A stretch of 64,000 nucleotides of DNA from the human T2T-CHM13v2.0 reference genome, Homo sapiens. The notes beneath the pieces were generated by a model. That model was not told the origin of the DNA. It did not search any database and was given only the letters and a program-made list of their open reading frames with translations. Positions 55,839 to 64,000 of the stretch are shown here, piece after piece. The stretch lies in assembly GCF_009914755.1 (NCBI RefSeq), contig NC_060947.1, one strand, 5' to 3'. Each line of letters starts with the position of its first letter. The first letter of the stretch is position 1. Position numbers and translations under genes: made by a program.

Positions 55839-58800
55839 TTTACCCTTTCATTATATAGTGACCTTGTCTCTTATAGTTTTTGTCTTGAAGTCACATTATA
55901 TTATATTGTCAGCATGACAGTACAATATCATATTGTCAGATATAAATATATCTACTCCTTTTTGTTGTTTCTTTTCTTTTTGTGTGTGTGGTCTCCTCTT
56001 CTTTTGTTTTTCTTTTCCTTTTTGTATTTTATTTAAAGAAGCTGATTTTCTTGGGAGATATGTTTTAACTGATTGCCTTATATTTTTGTACACATTGCAT
56101 GTTTTTTGATTTGTAGTTAACATGAGGCTTGTAAATACTCTCTTACAACTCATTATTTTAAACTGATGACAACTTAAAAATGATTGCATCAAAAAACAAA
56201 CAAAAACTGATAAAACCTTAGCACTTTATCTGTCCCCCTTTTTGTTGTTCTCATTTCTATTTATGTTACTATACTATGTTTGGAAAAGTTGTTATAGTTA
56301 TTATTTTGATGGGTTTCACTTTTAGTATTTCTACTTAAGTTTAGTTTACACACCACAAATAGTTTTATAATATTCTGTAATTTTCTGTGTAGTTACTATT
56401 ACCCGTGAGTTTTGTACCTTTAGATGATTTATTCTTGCTCATTAACATCCCATCTCTTCCTGATTGAAGAACTCCCTTTAGCATTTACTGTGGGGCAAGT
56501 CTGTTGTTGATGAAATCCCTTGGCTTTTGTTTGTCTGGGATATTATTTCTTCTTCATGCTTGAATAATATTTTTATTAAATATACTATTCTAGGGTAAAG
56601 TATTGTTTCCTTCGACACTTTAAATATGTTATACCACTCATTACTGGCCTGTAGGGTTTCCACTGAGAATTTGCTTCCAGACGTATTGGAGCTCCATTGA
56701 ATGCAATTTGTTTCTATTCTTTTGCTGCTTTTAGGATTTTTTTCTTATCCTTCAACTTTGGGAGTTTTATTTAAATGGCTTAATGTAGTCTACTTTGGTT
56801 AAATCTGCTTTGTATTCTACAACCTTTTTGTACTTGGATACTGATACATTTATCTAGATTTGGGAAGTTCTTCATTATTATTTCTTTGAATAAATTTTCT
56901 ACATCACCTTTCTCTCTACCTCTTCTACAAGGCCAATAACTCTTAGATGTACCCTTTTGAAACTATTTTCTACGTCTTCTAGGTTTGCCTCATTGTTTTC
57001 TATTATTTTTTGTTTTGTCTCTTCTGATTGTGTATTTTCAAATAGCCTGTCTTCAAGCTCATTAATTCTATAATCTGTTTGATCAATTCAGCTTTTAAAA
57101 GACTATGATGAATTATTTAGTATGTCAATTTCATTTTTCAACTCCAAAATTTCTCTTTGATTCCATTTAACTCAATTTTTTGTTAAATTTATCTCATAGA
57201 ATTCTGAATTTCTTCTCTATGTTATCTTGAATTTTTTTGAGTTCCTCAAGAGAGTTATTTTGATTTCTCTGTTGAAAATGTCACATATTTCTGTTTCTCT
57301 AGAATTGGTCCCTGGTGCTTTATTTAGTTCATTTTGTGAGGTCATGTTTTCCTGGAGGGTCCTGATGCTGGTGGATATTTTTTAGTGTCCAGACTTGAAG
57401 AATTGGGTATTTATTGTAGACTTTGCAGTGTGTGTATTTTTATACTCATCCTTCGTGGGTAGGCTTTCCAGGTATTTATAGGGATGGGCATTGTGATCGA
57501 AGCTCTATCTGTATTAGGCTTAGATCACAACACCCAAGTCCTTCAAATTTTATTATAAGCTCATTACTGCTGTGGTTCCTGTAGTCTTGTAGAGGTATCA
57601 CCTTTGTGGTCTTAGATAAGATAGAGAAAACTCTTTGGATTATCAAGAAGAGATGATTGTTCTCTTCTGTTACTGTTTCCCCACCAAAATTGAGTCTCTC
57701 TGTTTTTTCTGAGTTGCCTGGAGCTAAAGGCAACTTAGCTATTACCTTTGTGGTCACAACAACAGAAACTGCACTAAGTCAGTCCTGAAGCCAGCAGAGC
57801 CCTGGGTCTTACTCAAGGCCCTCTGTACTCACTGCCTATATTTACTCATGGCCTTAGGGCTCTATGATCAATCAGCTGGTAGTAAATGTAGCCAGGCTAA
57901 TCTTCTTCTCTTCATGGCAGCAAGTTCTCCCAGGTCCCAGGTGGGTCCACAAATGGCATCTGGGAGCCAGGAACTGGGGTCAGTAGCCTTAAAAATTGAC
58001 TTCTACTCTATTTTACTGCAGCTATCCTGGTGCAAGATACAGGTTTTTTTTTACTCTTTCTTTTCTTTTCCACTAGTAGAGGGACTTCCCCCTTTTGCCA
58101 CCATCACCACAGGCCCATAGGGAGTACTGCCAGGCTACTGCCAATGTTTACTTAAGGGCCAAAAGTTCTTCAGTCAGCTTGTGGTGAGTGCTGCCAGGAC
58201 TATGAGTCAAACTTCAAGGTATTGGACTACACTATGAACAGAATAGTCCAGAAATGCCATTTAAGAGCCAACTCCTGGAATTAGGGACCCCAAGAGTCAA
58301 CTTATTGCTTTACCTTTCTGTGGCCAAGCTGGTACCTAAGGTGCAAGATGAAGTCCCCTTTACTTTTCCCTCTGCTTTTCTCAAACTGAAGGTATCTCTC
58401 ACCATAACCTCCACAACTGGAAATGTACTGGGTTTCACTGGAAGTCAACACATCTCAGAGTCTCACCCAAGACCCATGGCATGCTACCTGTGTATTGTTG
58501 CTGGTTATTCAGGGCTTTTTAGTTAACAGGTGATAAAGCTTGTCATAACTGAATCCTTCCCTTCAAGGCAGTGAGTTCTCTTCTAGACACTGGGTGTTTC
58601 TAGAAATGTCATCTGAGAGGTAGGGCCTGGAATGGGGCCCTCATGACTATGCCAGGTGCCCCATTTTACTGTGGTTGAGCTGGTATCCAAGTTGCCAGAA
58701 CAGGCTCTCTTTATCCTTTTCTCTTCTTTCTCAAACAAAAGAAAGGAGTCAATTTTGTTGCTGCAAGCTGTACTGCCTGGGTTTTGAAAAACAGTTTTGA

Positions 58801-59400
58801 AGTCACTTTCTTAGCCACCCTGGCTGTTGTCTCACTAGGTTTCATGCCCTGCAAGACCACTGGCTTCAAGCCCAGCACAGCACCAGAACTTGCCTAGGAG
58901 TTGCAGTCCTTGTGACCTAGACTACCTTTCAAGCTTATTTCAGGACCAAATATCCTATGGTAGTGGGGCTTGCCAAATTCAACTTTTGACTGCTGGGTTA
59001 GGCAATTCTCTTCTGCCTAGGGCAGGTCTAAATCCTCCCTCCAGCACTGGCTGAGTTCTATTTACCTTTTCTTTCCCCTTTGACAGGACAGCACTGAATC
59101 TCAGTGCAAGGTATCACAATCACTGCACTTTCCTCCCACAAATGCACAGATTCTCACTTCATTCCACACAGCTGCTGTCAGGGGATGAGAGTTGGGTGTC
59201 ACTGGCAATTCAAGATTATCTTTTCTACCCTCTTTAGTGTCTCTTTCAGTGAAATGAAGTTAAAACAATGTACAATGATTATTTGCCTGATTTTTGTTTC
59301 TCATGTAGGTAATTTTTTGAATAGATCATTGTTGAATTGGATATTTCTTAGGGGAGGACAAGATGTGAAGGCCTCTATTCTGCCATCTTGCTCTGCCTCC
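55839..59400 (-). mobile_element. L1MA-like 5' half (EN start, ORF1, 5' UTR); continuation of 46630-47948
   Basis: ORF1-like ETLQASNEWYNIFKVSKE...YPRIVYL (56478-56663 -). The 5' terminus reads as rc ggaggcagagcaagatggcagaatagagg at ~59370-59400. Confidence 0.82.
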
Positions 59401-59419
59401 ACTCTAAACGAACTTTTCA

Positions 59420-60325
59420 ATTTCAGGAACTTTTTGTGAATTCCTTAGGGGGTTATATACAGATGACCACTATGGCTGCAAATAGAGGTAATATGTTTCT
59501 TTAATTCCCATCCTTTTCTTTTTGTTTCATTTATTGTTTTATGGCTCTGGCTAGGACTGCCAGTATAATAATAAACAGTTGGGGAGATTGGAAATCTTTG
59601 CATTTTTTTTTTTTATCTAAGGGAAAAAGCTTTCTATCTTTTGCCATTAAGTGCAATCTTAGTTATACCTTTTTTTAGATATGCTTTAATAGAACACTGA
59701 AGTTTCCTTCTATTCCCAGTATGTTTAGAATTTCTTTTATAAATATATGTTGTTTTTTTCCAACGCTTTATCTGTATCTGAGATAACAGCATTTGTTATT
59801 AATTTATTGATTAGTAAAATATACTGGTTTATTTTCAAATAGGTCTTCCATTCCTGGGATAAGCCATACTTGGTGGTGAAGTATTACCATTTTTACATGT
59901 GGCTAGATTTGGTTTGTTAATATTTTGTTGATGATATTTGCAACTTGTTTATAATAAATATTAGTCTACAGTTTTTTATTTCTTGTAATGTCTTTGTTGA
60001 CTTTAGAATCAAGTAACACTAGCCTCATTAAATGAGATGAAAAATGTTCTTCAGTTTTCTGGAAGAGATTTTGTAAATCAGTATTTTTTTTACTTAATTT
60101 TTGCCTAAGTATATATGGCTTATTAACCGTAAAAGTCAACTGAATTGGAATTTTCTTTCTTGGAAAGTTTAATCCATTTTGTAATGAATTAGGACTATTC
60201 AGGTTGCCCAATCATGGTTACATGAGCTTTGCTAACTTGTGTTTTTCAATGAATTTGTCCATTTTGTCTAAGTTGTTGACTTTATGGGCATAACATTGTT
60301 TATAATATTCTCTGGGTTTGTAATA
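59420..60325 (-). mobile_element. Old L1M ORF2 fragment
   Basis: ctggctaggactgccagtataat, ttccttctattcccagt, ttcctgggataagccatacttgg, gaatttgtccattttgtctaag. Confidence 0.7.
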
Positions 60326-60599
60326 ATTTCTTTTTTTTATGAACACGAATACATTCTTTATTGAAGTACTTTAAGCACATTAACTTTTTTGTGAACATTG
60401 TGTATTTATTGAATGTCGCCTTTAAAACAATTTTTAGCATGCTATAGAGATGTTGAGAAACAATCTCCTTTCTTGGATAGAATTAGATTAGTCTTTTCCA
60501 TTTTATGTTTTTAGCACATTTTTCTGTATATATACTTATGCTTTCTTTCTACATAGATTATTAAGTTTCTTTAATGATTGGGTTTAATTAATTTTATGA

Positions 60600-61628
60600 A
60601 TTTATTTATTTTTTTATATTTTTAATTTTGTTATTATTATACTTTAAGTTTTAGGGTACATGTGCACAACGTGCAAGTTTGTTACATATGTATACTTGTG
60701 CCATGTTGGTGTGCTGCACCCATTAACTCGTCATTTAACATTAGGTATATCTCCTAATGCTATCCCTCCCCCCTCCCCCCACTGCACAACAGTCTCCAGT
60801 GTGTGATGTTCCCCTTTCTGTGTCCATGTGTTCTCATTGTTCAATTCCCACCTATGAGTGAGAACATGTCTGACTTCAAACTATAATACAAGGCTACAGT
60901 AACCAAAACAGCATGGTAGTGGAACCAAAACAGAGATATAGACCAATGGAACAGAACAGAGCCCTCTGAAATAATGCCGCGTATCTACAACTATCTGATA
61001 TCTGACAAACCTGACAAAAACAAGAAATGGGGAAAGGATTCCCTATTTAATAAATGGTGCTGGGAAAACTGGCTAGCCATATGTATAAAGCTGAAACTGG
61101 ATCTCTTCCTCACACTTTATACAAAAATTAATTCAAGATGGATTAAAGACTTAAATGTTAGCCCTAAAACCATAAAATCCCTAGAAGAAGACCTAAGCAA
61201 TACCATTCAGGGCATAGGCATGGGCAAGGACTTCATGTCTAAAACACCAAAAGCAATGGCAACAAAAGCCAAAATTGACAAATGGGATCTAATTAAACTA
61301 AAGAGCTTCTGTACAGAAAAGAAACTACCATCAGAGTGAACAGGCAACCTACAGAATGGGAGAAAAGTTTTGCCATCTACTCATCTGACAAAGGGCTAAT
61401 ATCCAGAATCTACAAAGAACTCAAACAAATTTACAAGAAAAAACAAACAACCCCATCAACAAGTGGGCAAGGGATATGAACAGACACTTCTCAAAAGAAG
61501 ACATCTATGCAGCCAAAAAACACATGAAAAAATGTTCATCATCACTGGCCATCAGAGAAATGCAAATCAAAACCACAATGAGATACCATCTCACACCAGT
61601 TAGAATGGTGATCATTAAAAAGTCAGGA
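60600..61628 (-). mobile_element. Young L1PA, 5'-inverted; no TSD found
   Basis: Minus-strand tail and 3' UTR at 60600-60869, then plus-strand ORF2 ([18 protein letters not shown]) at 60870-61628. Confidence 0.88.
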
Positions 61629-62254
61629 GCAGAAGCTCTGTGAGGAGGGTAGCAGCAAGTACAGATGTAGAAGCAAGTTGGGATTTCTCCAGAGCACCAA
61701 CAGGCCCAGAGCCTAGCACTATTCTTTGAAGTTAAATTGATTTTTACATAATGCATTGCCTAGAGTCTTCTGAGCTCTAGCTTAATGAAAATATCTGACA
61801 AAGAGAAGCCATGAAGTCCAGGTTTGCACTCAGAATGACTCAATGGAATATGCAGATGCTTTTTTGCCTTTAAATGAAAGAAAACTAATGCATCCATTGG
61901 AGATTATTTTCTTTTTTCTGACTCATTGGGCCTCCATCTGTGTCAGTTACATAGCATCACTAAGAATAGCAAGGATGCAAATTACTCCTTAGGCTACCAA
62001 AAGTCATTCACTGTAGACATTTTGTGAATTTCAGAAATAGCTGTAAGATTTGCCTCAAGGGCATAATGGAAATTTGCTGAGTACCTTTTAGAGTAGTTTT
62101 CTATCATCTGGTTGCAGAAGTGAAAATGAGGTGAGATCGTTATCACAAGTCCAAGTTTGAATTTGAATTAAGTTTCCCCATCCCATCACTCAGGAACTGA
62201 TATGGTTTTCTTTCTAGGTGTGTATATAGGGTGAAAACAGCAGGAAAGGGTGGA

Positions 62255-63440
62255 AAAATCAAATAAGAGTAATAAAAGAAATCCAAATAAAAAAAAGAAA
62301 GTAAAATTATCTCTCTTCACTGACAATATAATTCTATACCTAGAAAACCCAAAATATTTTGCCAAACATTCCTATATCTTATGAATGACTTCACCAAATC
62401 TCTGGGTATAAAATAAACATTAAAAAATCGGTAGCATTTTTCTATACCAATAACATTCAAGCTGGTTACCATATCAAGAATGTAATTCCATGTAAAATAC
62501 CTAGGAATGCATCTGACCAAAGAGGTTAAACATCTGTATAGGAAGAACTATAAAACACAGCTGAAAGAAATCACACATGATACAAAGAAATGGAAAAGCA
62601 TGTCAGGCTTATGGATTGGAAGAATCAATATCATGAAAATGTTCATATTACACAAAGCAAGCTACAAATTCAATATGAGTTCTATCAAATTATGTCAATT
62701 ATTCACAAAATAAAAAAATCTAAAATTAATACAGAAGCAAAAACAAGCCTGAATAGCTTAGGCAATCATAAGCAAAAAGAGTAAAGCCAGAGGCATCAAC
62801 TTCAAACTGTACTACAAGGGTACAGTAATATATATATATATATGTGTGTGTGTATATATATATGTGTGTGTGTATATATATATATGGACACAGAGGTCAA
62901 TGGAAGGGAATTCATACCTCTGAAATAAAGTCATACACCCACAACCAACTGATCTTTGACAAAGTTGGCAAAAGTAAACAATGGGGAAAGAAAATCCTAT
63001 TCAATAAATGGTTCTGGGAAAAATGGCTAACCAAATGCAGAAGAATGAAACCGAATCCCTCCCTCTCACAATATACAAGAATTAACAAAAGATGAATTAA
63101 AGACTTAAATGTAAGTCTTCAATCTATAAAAATTCTAGAATAAAATATAGGAAATACTCTTCTAGACATTGGTCTAAGTAATGAATTTACAATGAAGACA
63201 ACAAAAGCAAATGCAGCTAAATAAAAAATACACAAACAGGACTTTATTAAACTAAAGAGCTTCTGCTCAGCAAAAGAAACAACTAATGTGATAAGCAAAA
63301 AACCTACAGATTAGGGGAATATATTTGCAAACTATGCATTTGACAAAAGACTAATATCCAGAATCTATAAGGAACTTAAATCAGAAAGAAAAAGCAAATA
63401 CCTCTTTTAAAAAGTGGGCAATGAAGATGAATAGAGACTT
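62255..63440 (+). mobile_element. Older L1 (L1PA15-16/L1PB-like) ORF2 fragment with a (TA)n(TG)n tract at ~62828-62885
   Basis: HLTKEVKHLYRKNYKTQLKEI; QLIFDKVGKSKQWGKKILFNKWFWEKWL. Confidence 0.82.
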
Positions 63441-63830
63441 CTTTTTCTCTCAGGTTCTCTGTAAACTTTATTAGATGCTCTTTTTATTATCATCCATTAT
63501 GAAAAAATTCAAATGAAAACAGTACAGAGAATACTATAAAGAACTAATAACCCAATTTCAAAAATTACCAACATACAACCAATTTTGTTCCAACAATATT
63601 TCTTATGCTCCTCTCCCACTATAGATACTGAAGCAGACATCAGATGGTATATTATTTTATCTGTTAAAATTCAGATAGTCCTTTCTGTGAAAAATAAGGA
63701 CTATTTTTGACTTCATCATTCCTCTCAATTTAACAATCATTCCTTAATATCACCAACTATCCATTTAGAGCCTACATTTCTCTGATTATCTCATAAATAT
63801 CTGCTTACAGTTGGTATCATTTGAAAAATT
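63441..63830 (-). mobile_element. Probable ancient L1ME-like 3' fragment
   Basis: gcagacatcagatggtatattatttt and ttaacaatcattccttaatatcacc are L1ME-like; heavily diverged. Confidence 0.45.
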
Positions 63831-63834
63831 AATT

Positions 63835-64000
63835 AACATTTAAAATATGTTAACAGCATACAAGTGCAAGTTCCTTACATTCATATATTGTGTAGTGATG
63901 AAGTATGGGCTTTTAGTGTATCCATCACCTCAATACTGAGCACTGTATCCAATGGGTAAAGTTTAACCCCCACTTATAAGTGAGAACATGCAGTATTTGA
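63835..64000 (-). mobile_element. L1PB-like 3' end (runs off the window)
   Basis: atattgtgtagtgatgaagtatgggcttttagtgtatccatcacc ... cccacttataagtgagaacatgcagtattt. Confidence 0.7.

Overview
This is primate (human-like) genomic DNA made almost entirely of nested retroelements. I find no intact protein-coding gene, RNA gene or CRISPR array. Main contents: (1) many L1 copies of different ages, including a full-length decayed L1PA7/8-like element (~2660-9500) and three young 5'-inverted (twin-primed) L1PA insertions; (2) two HERV-L/MLT2A proviruses, a fragment at 1-1311 (-) and a near-complete gag-pro-pol-dUTPase copy at 47949-55838 (+); (3) a MER21-type ERVL element hosting a full-length PKM2-isoform processed pseudogene (11481-13825); (4) several Alus with TSDs, plus MST, L2 and MIR. 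The structure least explained by a repeat annotation is a recurring set of local inverted, apparently templated duplications: 60 bp inside the PKM retrocopy, ~200 bp inside the MER21 LTR, ~520 bp of mostly non-repeat DNA, and 15-bp fold-backs at a (TA)n tract. There is also a candidate twin-primed L1 with a 3' transduction and no TSD. I cannot support a novel functional gene system. Subfamily names come from recalled consensus features and identities are by-eye estimates; both need RepeatMasker/alignment confirmation.
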